Positions 1-6,595 of a DNA stretch of 24,929 nt are shown piece by piece. A program made the translations under genes and the position numbers. The DNA is from a virus. Taxonomy: Duplodnaviria; Caudoviricetes. The first letter of the stretch is position 1; every line of letters begins with the position of its first letter. The stretch lies in IMG/VR virus record IMGVR_UViG_3300012948_000020, positions 1 through 24,929 of that record, one strand, 5' to 3'. The notes under the pieces were generated by a model. It saw only the letters and a program-made list of their open reading frames with translations. It had not been told where the DNA came from and did not search any database.

Positions 1-378
1 GGTCATGTCGAGCGTCATAAGGTCGCATATTCGTTCGGAGCCGGATGTGTCGTAACTGTCGTGTCGGTTGTCGTGCTTCGAAAGTTTGTAAGTCCGTCAA
101 GTGCAATTGGGGCAGCTAGCACAACCACACAACTCAAAAACGTTACGACCAACGATCAGAGTGTTCTTCTGATCCAGACGTTTGCCCGCGATATGGGACC
201 TCCGAGTTGGATGGTCCGATGCGTGGAAACTGGAGTACCGTTTCTATCGCAAAGTCACGCGGCTAGAGAAATGGGTCTTAGCCGAACCATGCTTGGCACT
301 CATTTGAACGGAAAAGCTGCGCATGTTGGTGGATTCCACTTCGAGAGAATCGCTATAGCAGTTCCGAGAAACGGGTAA
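1..378 (+). CDS. 5'-truncated protein with a hydrophobic segment and a C-terminal NUMOD1-like HTH DNA-binding module
   Basis: Frame 1 is open from base 1 (GHVERHKVAYSFGAGCVVTVVSVVVL...). The C-terminus VRCVETGVPFLSQSHAAREMGLSRTMLGTHLNGK..VGGFHFER matches the NUMOD1/IENR1-type pattern. Confidence 0.65.
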   Translation, partial: GHVERHKVAYSFGAGCVVTVVSVVVLRKFVSPSSAIGAASTTTQLKNVTTNDQSVLLIQTFARDMGPPSWMVRCVETGVPFLSQSHAAREMGLSRTMLGTHLNGKAAHVGGFHFERIAIAVPRNG

Positions 379-380
379 AT

Positions 381-409
381 CGCAGAAATAACACGGGTTA
401 TAATGAGAG
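381..409 (+). promoter_or_regulatory. Repeated putative phage promoter motif, copy 1
   Basis: CGCAG-aaataacacgggtta-TAATGAGAG with a 15-nt spacer; the same motif recurs at five or more other sites. Confidence 0.75.
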
Positions 410-485
410 GGTAAAGAGTGTGGCCTCCGGCTGCCTCGTGCAATTAACGGCCTCCGGCTGTATTGCACACGCCCTCTCATTTTTT
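402..485 (+). ncRNA. Putative small structured RNA / terminated leader 1
   Basis: AATGAGAGGG (402-411) pairs with CCCTCTCATT (472-481), followed by a T-run. Internal GTGCAAT/ATTGCAC stem and two copies of GGCCTCCGGCTG. Confidence 0.6.
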
Positions 486-489
486 CTCG

Positions 490-518
490 CGCAGAAATAA
501 CATGGCTTTTAATGAGAG
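490..518 (+). promoter_or_regulatory. Repeated putative phage promoter motif, copy 2
   Basis: CGCAG-aaataacatggcttt-TAATGAGAG. Confidence 0.75.
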
Positions 519-593
519 AGTGACATGCCCGACGTTTAAGGGATACAGCGGCTACCGTCTAAGACCGTGTTCATGCACTCTCAATTTTTTTTT
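514..593 (+). ncRNA. Putative small structured RNA / terminated leader 2
   Basis: GAGAGTG-a-CATG (516-527) pairs with CATGCACTCTC (572-582), followed by T9. Confidence 0.6.
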
Positions 594-606
594 CGAAAGG
601 AGGTCT

Positions 607-816
607 ATGATCAGAGCAGTCGAGAACTTAGTAGTAGGAGACGTGTTCAAGATCGGAGATACTCCTGTCGTCGTTGCTGGATTCGCAAGATCGTCCGAAT
701 TCAGGAACACACACATCGAGCTTTCCTTAATGACTCTTTATAGTGACGGCGGGCGCACAATGAAGATGACTTTGGAAGTGCCTCGACAGTTCCTCGTCGA
801 GTTGTTCGAGACGTAA
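607..816 (+). CDS. Hypothetical protein, 69 aa (MIRAVENLVVGDVFKIG...)
   Basis: Strong RBS GAAAGGAGGT at 595-604 precedes ATG607, so I shortened the 463 ORF to this start. Confidence 0.75.
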   Translation: MIRAVENLVVGDVFKIGDTPVVVAGFARSSEFRNTHIELSLMTLYSDGGRTMKMTLEVPRQFLVELFET

Positions 817-818
817 AC

Positions 819-847
819 CGCAAGAATAACATGGCATATAATGAGAG
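819..847 (+). promoter_or_regulatory. Repeated putative phage promoter motif, copy 3
   Basis: CGCAA-gaataacatggcata-TAATGAGAG. Confidence 0.75.
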
Positions 848-896
848 GAAGGTTCAATTTGGAATCGTTCGCAGCTGGGACTGCGCCTCTCTTTTT
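843..896 (+). ncRNA. Putative small structured RNA / terminated leader 3
   Basis: GAGAGG (843-848) pairs with CCTCTC (886-891), followed by T5. Internal CGCAG-ctggga-CTGCG hairpin (870-885). Confidence 0.55.
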
Positions 897-915
897 ATTT
901 CCGAAAGGAGGTGTC

Positions 916-1059
916 ATGTACGTAGTCGTACAACAGAAGAGCTATGGCTTCTTCAGTTTCATCGGAGATGTCATCATGTTGTTTCTCACGGCAGGTCTGT
1001 GGTTGATCTGGATCTTCGTCCGTGAGATGAGAAGGAGGAACCAGTCCTATATTTTGTGA
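916..1059 (+). CDS. Small membrane protein, 47 aa
   Basis: RBS AAAGGAGGT precedes ATG916; hydrophobic segment DVIMLFLTAGLWLIWIFV. Confidence 0.75.
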   Translation: MYVVVQQKSYGFFSFIGDVIMLFLTAGLWLIWIFVREMRRRNQSYIL

Positions 1060-1065
1060 GCCATC

Positions 1066-1257
1066 ATGCAAAGACAGATCTTCTTCAAAAAACAGATGCT
1101 CGGCAAATGGCGCAGAACAGATGGGGACACAAGTAAGCACGTGAACGAAGAATCAATGTTCCGTGAGATCGAGAAGTTGGTCAACGATGGTTGGGTAGTA
1201 GAACCTCACGGAGTTACTCATGTCAGAGCAATCACGCTTACCCAAAATGAGAGGTAG
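1066..1257 (+). CDS. Hypothetical protein
   Basis: ORF fills the gap between flanking genes in a tightly packed operon. Confidence 0.6.
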   Translation: MQRQIFFKKQMLGKWRRTDGDTSKHVNEESMFREIEKLVNDGWVVEPHGVTHVRAITLTQNER

Positions 1258-1260
1258 CTT

Positions 1261-2049
1261 ATGAATTTGAGCGGATTGACAATGGTAGCAGGCAAGGCGA
1301 AGTACCTACTGAACGAGAACTCCACGACCATCCTTACGGCTGTAGGCGTCGCAGGCACAGTTGGGACAGCAGTTCTAAGCGGTCGTGCGTCGTTCAAAGC
1401 TGCAAGGATCCTTGCGGAAGAGCAGGCAAGAGAAAACGAGCGCGAAACAGGAAAGGAACTGACCAAGCTCGAGAAGGTTGTGGTCGTCTGGAAGTTGTAT
1501 ATTCCGCCGGTCGCAAGTGGTGTTGCTACGGTCGCTGCCATCATCGGAGCGAATCGCATCGCTTCTCGGAAGGTCGCTGCACTGACAGTAGCTGCGGGTT
1601 TGTCAGAACGAGCTCTACAGGAGTACAAGACGAAAGTGATCGAACGGATTGGCCAGCGAGATCATCAGAAGATCCGGGACGATATCGCTCAGGATCGTGT
1701 GAACGAGAACCCGATCGAATCGCAAGAAGTGATCATCATCGGAACAGGTGAAGCTCTCTTCTTCGACAACGCTACTGGGCGGTATTTCCAGAGCACGATG
1801 GAAAGTGTCAAAGCGGCTCAGAACAAGGTGAACTACAACATCACGCATTACATGTACTCGAGCCTGAGTGACTTCTATGACGAGATCGGTTTGCCTGGCA
1901 CAGCGTATACCGATTCCGTCGGATTCAACTCGGATCATCTGCTGGAGCTCGACTTCTCAGCGACGATCTCGACAGACAATCGACCGTGCATCGTGATCGA
2001 CTTCGTAAACCCTCCTATCTCGGGGTTCAACAGGTTCGACTACGATTGA
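1261..2049 (+). CDS. Conserved phage membrane-anchored protein (DUF6353-like), paralog 1
   Basis: N-terminal NSTTILTAVGVAG hydrophobic segment and C-terminal SLSDFYDEIGL...VGF; similar to 4383..5306. Family name is from recall. Confidence 0.8.
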   Translation: MNLSGLTMVAGKAKYLLNENSTTILTAVGVAGTVGTAVLSGRASFKAARILAEEQARENERETGKELTKLEKVVVVWKLYIPPVASGVATVAAIIGANRIASRKVAALTVAAGLSERALQEYKTKVIERIGQRDHQKIRDDIAQDRVNENPIESQEVIIIGTGEALFFDNATGRYFQSTMESVKAAQNKVNYNITHYMYSSLSDFYDEIGLPGTAYTDSVGFNSDHLLELDFSATISTDNRPCIVIDFVNPPISGFNRFDYD

Positions 2050-2089
2050 CTGGAAGACTGTACCGTCATAGCTCGTATGGAAAGGATAA

Positions 2090-2344
2090 ATGAATAAGCT
2101 CCTATATTCTGACGTCCTAACGCTCGTTCTCGGAGTAACTGTGGCGATCGCGTGGGGCGTCTATCTATGGTTGTTTCATGCTCCGTGGTACTACTGGTTC
2201 GTCGCAGGACCGTTTTGCCTTGCTCATGCTGTTCGAGCATTGTATTACATAATCCTGCCTGAGCCAAAGGGTCTAACAGAAGATGAAGCGCGAATTGCAG
2301 CGCGTGAATGGATGCGAGAGAACAATTTGGACAGACGCTGGTAG
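2090..2344 (+). CDS. Membrane protein with two TM segments
   Basis: RBS GAAAGGA; two hydrophobic stretches. Confidence 0.75.
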   Translation: MNKLLYSDVLTLVLGVTVAIAWGVYLWLFHAPWYYWFVAGPFCLAHAVRALYYIILPEPKGLTEDEARIAAREWMRENNLDRRW

Positions 2345-2355
2345 AAAGGAAATAA

Positions 2356-2889
2356 GTGCTCAAAAAGACCATCACGTATGAGGATTTCAACGGAGATACG
2401 GTCAGCGAGGATTTCTTCTTCCATCTATCGAAGGCCGAATTAGTCGAACTTGAGATGAGTCATGAAGGTGGTCTATCTGCATCGTTGGAACGAATCGTCG
2501 AGGCTCAAGACAATGCGGCCTTGATCAAGGAGTTCAAGAGCTTGATCTTGCTCTCGTACGGAAAGCGTTCGGACGACGGTAAACGGTTCATCAAGACACA
2601 AGAAGCACGTGACGAGTTCATATCGACGAACGCGTACGATGCATTGTTCATGGAGTTGGTTACCCAAACTGACAAAGCAGTCGAATTCGTCAACAGTGTG
2701 ATTCCAAAGGACCTACCCGAACTAGCGGAGCAGGTAAAAGTAACGAATCTGCAAGCTGCTCCAGAACCAGAAGTGCGGATCGTCACACCCGAAGAGATGG
2801 AGGCGATGTCCGCGGAAGAGCTTCAAGCGATCGGCCCGAAGATCCAGTCAGGTGAGGTGAGACTGGGTAAGAGCGGCCCGCAAGACTGA
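2356..2889 (+). CDS. Conserved phage hypothetical protein (MLKKTITYEDFNG...)
   Basis: RBS AGAAAGGA with GTG start; 177-aa ORF whose N-terminus is typical of this phage group (recall). Confidence 0.8.
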   Translation: MLKKTITYEDFNGDTVSEDFFFHLSKAELVELEMSHEGGLSASLERIVEAQDNAALIKEFKSLILLSYGKRSDDGKRFIKTQEARDEFISTNAYDALFMELVTQTDKAVEFVNSVIPKDLPELAEQVKVTNLQAAPEPEVRIVTPEEMEAMSAEELQAIGPKIQSGEVRLGKSGPQD

Positions 2890-2999
2890 GGATAACCGTA
2901 TAAGGGGCGACAAAAGGCGGGGACTCGTGGGAGAACCGCTGACAAATCGTCCGTCGGTCCCACGACTGAAAAGCGGATGTGTCCGCCGGTTATCTTCAG
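2886..2999 (+). ncRNA. Putative structured RNA with a 13-bp closing stem and possible double pseudoknot
   Basis: CTGAGGATAACCG (2886-2898)/CGGTTATCTTCAG (2987-2999); TCGTGGGA/TCCCACGA; CCGCT/AGCGG; GGGCGA/TCGTCC. Confidence 0.6.
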
Positions 3000-3004
3000 A
3001 CATT

Positions 3005-3033
3005 CGCAGCTATAACATGCCTTATAATGAGAG
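3005..3033 (+). promoter_or_regulatory. Repeated putative phage promoter motif, copy 4
   Basis: CGCAG-ctataacatgcctta-TAATGAGAG, upstream of the gene at 3057. Confidence 0.75.
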
Positions 3034-3056
3034 GCTATCTACTAAAAGGAGTATAG

Positions 3057-3317
3057 ATGTCAGGCCTTATTTCTATTGCCAAATTTGCTGCAACCACCGC
3101 TGCAAGTTTGAGTGTTGGAAAGGTCCTCAACGACATCATCAAGAATAACGTCACCATCACGACTCGCGTCGATAAGTACGCGGTCAACGTTGGTGGGTTC
3201 ATTCTCGGATCGATGATCGTTGACAAAGCCCGAGAACATCTCAACAAACAGTGGGAAGAAGCAGTTGAAGATTGGAAGAAAAGTAAGAGCGAGGCAGAAG
3301 CAGAAGAAGAGAAGTAA
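3057..3317 (+). CDS. Small putative membrane-associated protein in its own promoter-gene-terminator cassette
   Basis: RBS AAAAGGAG; flanked by motif copy 4 and a terminator. Confidence 0.8.
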   Translation: MSGLISIAKFAATTAASLSVGKVLNDIIKNNVTITTRVDKYAVNVGGFILGSMIVDKAREHLNKQWEEAVEDWKKSKSEAEAEEEK

Positions 3318-3322
3318 GTAGC

Positions 3323-3357
3323 AAAGGGAGAGTCCAAACTCGGACTCTCTCTTTTGT
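3323..3357 (+). terminator. Intrinsic terminator
   Basis: GGGAGAGTCC-aaactc-GGACTCTCTC followed by TTTTGT. Confidence 0.8.
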
Positions 3358-3376
3358 CTTCTAAATTAGGGGTAAA

Positions 3377-4015
3377 ATGGAGCAACCGGATTTTCCTCCA
3401 AATAGTGAGGCGAGTAGGAGAAATCTGCCCGAAAAAGACCTCGAGCGAATTACCACGAGTGAACCGGTTCGAAAACGAAGATCTCTTGGTAAGCAATTTA
3501 AGGACACATTTATAGGTGGCGACGTGAAATCTGCTGTCCGATACGTAGCAATGGATATTTTTCTTCCAGCAGCAAGAGACACGATCGTCGATGCATTCTC
3601 TGGCTGGATCGAGAAGCTGATCTATGGAGATTCGCGTCGATATCGTGGAACCACGCATCCACAGTCGGGACCAACTGGGTATGTCAGCTATAATAGATAT
3701 TCGGGTCCAATGGGGGGAAGCGCAAGTCGACTACCGTCCGCCCAGAGAGCACTAAGTCGTCAGGCTCGGGCTCGTCATGACTTCGATGAGATTGTGTTGG
3801 ACTCAAGAACAGAGGCCGAGCAAGTAATCGATCAAATGTTTGAGGTGGTGAATCGTTATGGATCCGCGACAGTTGCAGACCTCTACGAATTGGTGGGGCT
3901 TTCCAGTGCACACACAGACCACAAGTGGGGGTGGACGGACCTTTCTGGGGCTGGGGTTTCTCGGCTTCGCGATGGCTATCTACTGGATCTCCCGGACCCG
4001 ACGCCCCTCGACTGA
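3377..4015 (+). CDS. Conserved phage hypothetical protein
   Basis: 212-aa ORF; C-terminal YGSATVADLYELVG...TDHKWGW motif is typical of this phage group (recall). Confidence 0.8.
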   Translation: MEQPDFPPNSEASRRNLPEKDLERITTSEPVRKRRSLGKQFKDTFIGGDVKSAVRYVAMDIFLPAARDTIVDAFSGWIEKLIYGDSRRYRGTTHPQSGPTGYVSYNRYSGPMGGSASRLPSAQRALSRQARARHDFDEIVLDSRTEAEQVIDQMFEVVNRYGSATVADLYELVGLSSAHTDHKWGWTDLSGAGVSRLRDGYLLDLPDPTPLD

Positions 4016-4172
4016 GGACGTGAAGGAAGCGGGAGCAGAAGTAAAGGAAAAGGCCGCGCAGGTTCGGGACAAACTCGAGACCAAAAAGAATGAAGTAGTC
4101 AACGACGCGCTCGACGCAACACAGGAGAAGATCGACGATATTCGTAAAGAGGTAGGTGGTACTGACGTCTAA
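3858..4172 (+). CDS. Putative TM plus coiled-coil protein; start uncertain (3858, 3972 or 4020)
   Basis: Fills the 4016-4155 gap. GAGGTG lies upstream of ATG3858; TM segment FLGLGFLGFAMAIYWI is followed by a charged helical tail. Confidence 0.5.
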   Translation: MDPRQLQTSTNWWGFPVHTQTTSGGGRTFLGLGFLGFAMAIYWISRTRRPSTEDVKEAGAEVKEKAAQVRDKLETKKNEVVNDALDATQEKIDDIRKEVGGTDV

Positions 4173-4386
4173 ATCAGTCGAGATCAGAGAATTTGCTCAA
4201 CGTGTGGAACGCTTATGTGAGTTTCTTTTAACTTCGCTAGATGCAAAAGACAGCGGAACAACCGATGTTCTCGTGATCAAAAAGTTAAGAGAAGATGCGG
4301 CCGATATTCAGTTCAATCGGTCTGACATCACAAAATTCGATGGTCTCGATGATTTTATGAGAGGTTTAAATAAGGAGTCGACATGA
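4156..4386 (+). CDS. Hypothetical protein
   Basis: RBS AGAGGT; ATGA overlap with the next gene. Confidence 0.7.
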   Translation: MVLTSKSVEIREFAQRVERLCEFLLTSLDAKDSGTTDVLVIKKLREDAADIQFNRSDITKFDGLDDFMRGLNKEST

Positions 4387-5306
4387 ATCTTCTACCGGCA
4401 GCGATCAGCATAAAGATCGCTCGTACAGCATTAGTGGTTCAGAAGAACTCTCCCGAGATTCTCTTTGGCGCGGGCGTTGTTGGTTTTGTGGGAACCACGA
4501 TCCTGGCTTGCCGAGCCACATTGAGAGTCGACGATGTTCTGAATGAAGCAAAGAACAAGATGGATCTCACCAATACTTTGCAACATGACGATTACGACGA
4601 TAGAGATCGAGCACGAGATCGTACGCTTATTCGGTATCAAACGGCGGCAAAGATCGGTAAGGAATATGCTCCGGTGGTAATTTTGGGCATTGCTTCTATT
4701 GCTGCCCTTACACGATCGCACCAGATCTTGAATCAGCGTAATGCAGGTTTGGTGGCTGCGTACACTGCTCTTGATCGAGGGTTCAAGGAGTACCGAGCTC
4801 GAGTGATCGCGAAGTACGGAGCGGAGGCGGATCGGGATCTGCGATATGGCACTCGGGAGATTACTGTAGTAGACCCAGAGACGCAAGAGAGAACGACGAC
4901 TGTAAGTGCGGGTCTCGGCGCCGAATCGATCTACGCCAAGTTCTTCGACGAGAGCTCTTCGTCATGGAGCAGAGATCCAGAACTTAATCGGTTCTTCCTC
5001 CAGTCTCAGCAGAACTACGCGAACGATCAGTTGATCTCTCGTGGTCATATTTTCCTCAACGAAGTGTATGACCTGCTCGGTTTGGAGCGAACCTCGGCCG
5101 GATCTGTCGTTGGCTGGGTTGTCTCTCATGACGGCTCGACCGACAACAAAGTCGACTTCGGTATCTTCAACGAAGATAGTCAGGCGGCTCGAGATTTCGT
5201 CAACGGCTTCGAAGGAGCCATTCTACTCGACTTCAACGTCGATGGTGTGATCTACAATCTGATCGACACGCTACCTGAGGAGTTGCAATGGCAGCTGAAT
5301 CACTAA
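4383..5306 (+). CDS. Conserved phage membrane-anchored protein (DUF6353-like), paralog 2
   Basis: NSPEILFGAGVVG TM segment and FLNEVYDLLGL...VGW motif; RBS AAGGAG. Confidence 0.85.
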   Translation: MNLLPAAISIKIARTALVVQKNSPEILFGAGVVGFVGTTILACRATLRVDDVLNEAKNKMDLTNTLQHDDYDDRDRARDRTLIRYQTAAKIGKEYAPVVILGIASIAALTRSHQILNQRNAGLVAAYTALDRGFKEYRARVIAKYGAEADRDLRYGTREITVVDPETQERTTTVSAGLGAESIYAKFFDESSSSWSRDPELNRFFLQSQQNYANDQLISRGHIFLNEVYDLLGLERTSAGSVVGWVVSHDGSTDNKVDFGIFNEDSQAARDFVNGFEGAILLDFNVDGVIYNLIDTLPEELQWQLNH

Positions 5307-6064
5307 CGGCACAAGTTACAGAACAAGTAGCCGAGAATCTCGAGGAGACTGCTGCAGTTGTTCGAAAATTCGGCATCTCGAACGTCACATTTCTCGGCGT
5401 TGGACTTGCCGTGGGCGCAGCTGTCGGTTTCTACTTCGGACATCGCTTGATGAAAGAGAAACTTCGGGCCGAGGCTTTCAAGCAGAGTAACGAGGAGCTC
5501 GCAGAACTTCGTGAGATGTACTACAGCAAGCTCAAGGCGATGGAGCCAAAGCCGACTCTCGACGAGGTCGTGGAAGAAAAGGGATACGTCGTAGTCGAAG
5601 AAACAGAGCGACCAACGCGACCTCCGGTTCCAGTTGAGGAACCAAAGCTTACAGAAGAACAGCAGAAAGCAGTAGACGAGGTAAACCAAAGAAGACAAGA
5701 ACTAAATGACTCTCTTGTTTGGGATTACGAGAAAGAAGTTCGAAGTCGAAGCAAGAATCATCCTTACGTGATTCATCAGGATGAATACAACGAAAACACC
5801 GACGAATACCAGCAACTAACGTGGACGTATTACGCAAGTGACAATATTCTCGCCGATGAGAACGACGAACAAGTCAGTCGACCGGAGTTGATCGTCGGCT
5901 TGGAGAGTCTGATGAAGTTCGGACATGGTTCAGACGATTCCAACGTTGTGTTCGTTCGCAACGAACGTCTCGAGTTGGATTTCGAGGTTTGTCGCTTGTT
6001 TAAGAGCTACGTGGTAGAAGTGCAGGGGTTGGATGACACAGAGTCCAATGAGACGCAACCTTGA
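5288..6064 (+). CDS. Acidic membrane-anchored phage protein
   Basis: TM segment FLGVGLAVGAAVGFYFG followed by an acidic coiled coil; RBS GAGGAG. Confidence 0.8.
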   Translation: MAAESLTAQVTEQVAENLEETAAVVRKFGISNVTFLGVGLAVGAAVGFYFGHRLMKEKLRAEAFKQSNEELAELREMYYSKLKAMEPKPTLDEVVEEKGYVVVEETERPTRPPVPVEEPKLTEEQQKAVDEVNQRRQELNDSLVWDYEKEVRSRSKNHPYVIHQDEYNENTDEYQQLTWTYYASDNILADENDEQVSRPELIVGLESLMKFGHGSDDSNVVFVRNERLELDFEVCRLFKSYVVEVQGLDDTESNETQP

Positions 6065-6572
6065 TTATGAATATTACCGATGGCTAGTTCATCAAATCCA
6101 GATTCCCAGAGGCAATACCAACACGTATGAAGATCTGTTCTCGAGATTGCACGATACGGCGTTCGTCTTTGACGTAAGTCCATCTACAGCGGGTGATCAT
6201 AACAGACTACAAGACGCTCTCGATCTGCGTGTGGAGTTCATGCATGGAGCAGACATGATGTTGGAACATCCGGGATCGATGCTTGAGATCTTGATCGCCC
6301 TTAGCCGGAGAACTGCGTTTACCGGTGGTGGATATCCTCCAGTATGGGCGTGGAAGCTTCTCGAGAATCTCAAACTGAACAAGGCGTCCGATCCAATGGT
6401 TGGTGCAAAAGCTGACAGAGTTGAGGATATTCTCGAAGCTGTGATTTGGCGGACGTACGAGCCAAACGGTCAAGGTGGATTCTTCCCGTTGAAACACTCA
6501 ACCAAGGATCAAACCAAAGAAGAACTCTGGGTTCAGATGAACATGTACGTCACAGAAATGATGGGAGAATAA
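6033..6572 (+). CDS. Conserved phage hypothetical protein immediately upstream of the replicase
   Basis: 179-aa ORF with YYRWL...GGFFPL...ELWVQM motifs. Confidence 0.8.
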   Translation: MTQSPMRRNLDYEYYRWLVHQIQIPRGNTNTYEDLFSRLHDTAFVFDVSPSTAGDHNRLQDALDLRVEFMHGADMMLEHPGSMLEILIALSRRTAFTGGGYPPVWAWKLLENLKLNKASDPMVGAKADRVEDILEAVIWRTYEPNGQGGFFPLKHSTKDQTKEELWVQMNMYVTEMMGE

Positions 6573-6595
6573 AAATCCACAGACGTTAGGAGGGT

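Noticed and set aside
381-900. CRISPR array or mini-array
   Set aside because: Repeats are degenerate, spacing is irregular (109 and 329 nt), one interval holds a gene, and there is no cas operon.
463-1025. ORF-track starts at 463, 831 and 841
   Set aside because: They run through promoter and hairpin units without an RBS. Strong SDs support ATG607 and ATG916 instead.
1245-1256. AATGAGAGG as another promoter copy
   Set aside because: No CGCA block 20 nt upstream; it is best explained as the RBS of the 1261 gene.
2886-2999. Assignment as HDV-like/theta, pistol, twister or hammerhead ribozyme
   Set aside because: TCCCACG resembles an HDV L3 loop, but I could not build P1.1, P2 and P4. I saw no CUGANGA/GAAA core or twister/pistol consensus by eye. 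cmscan is needed.
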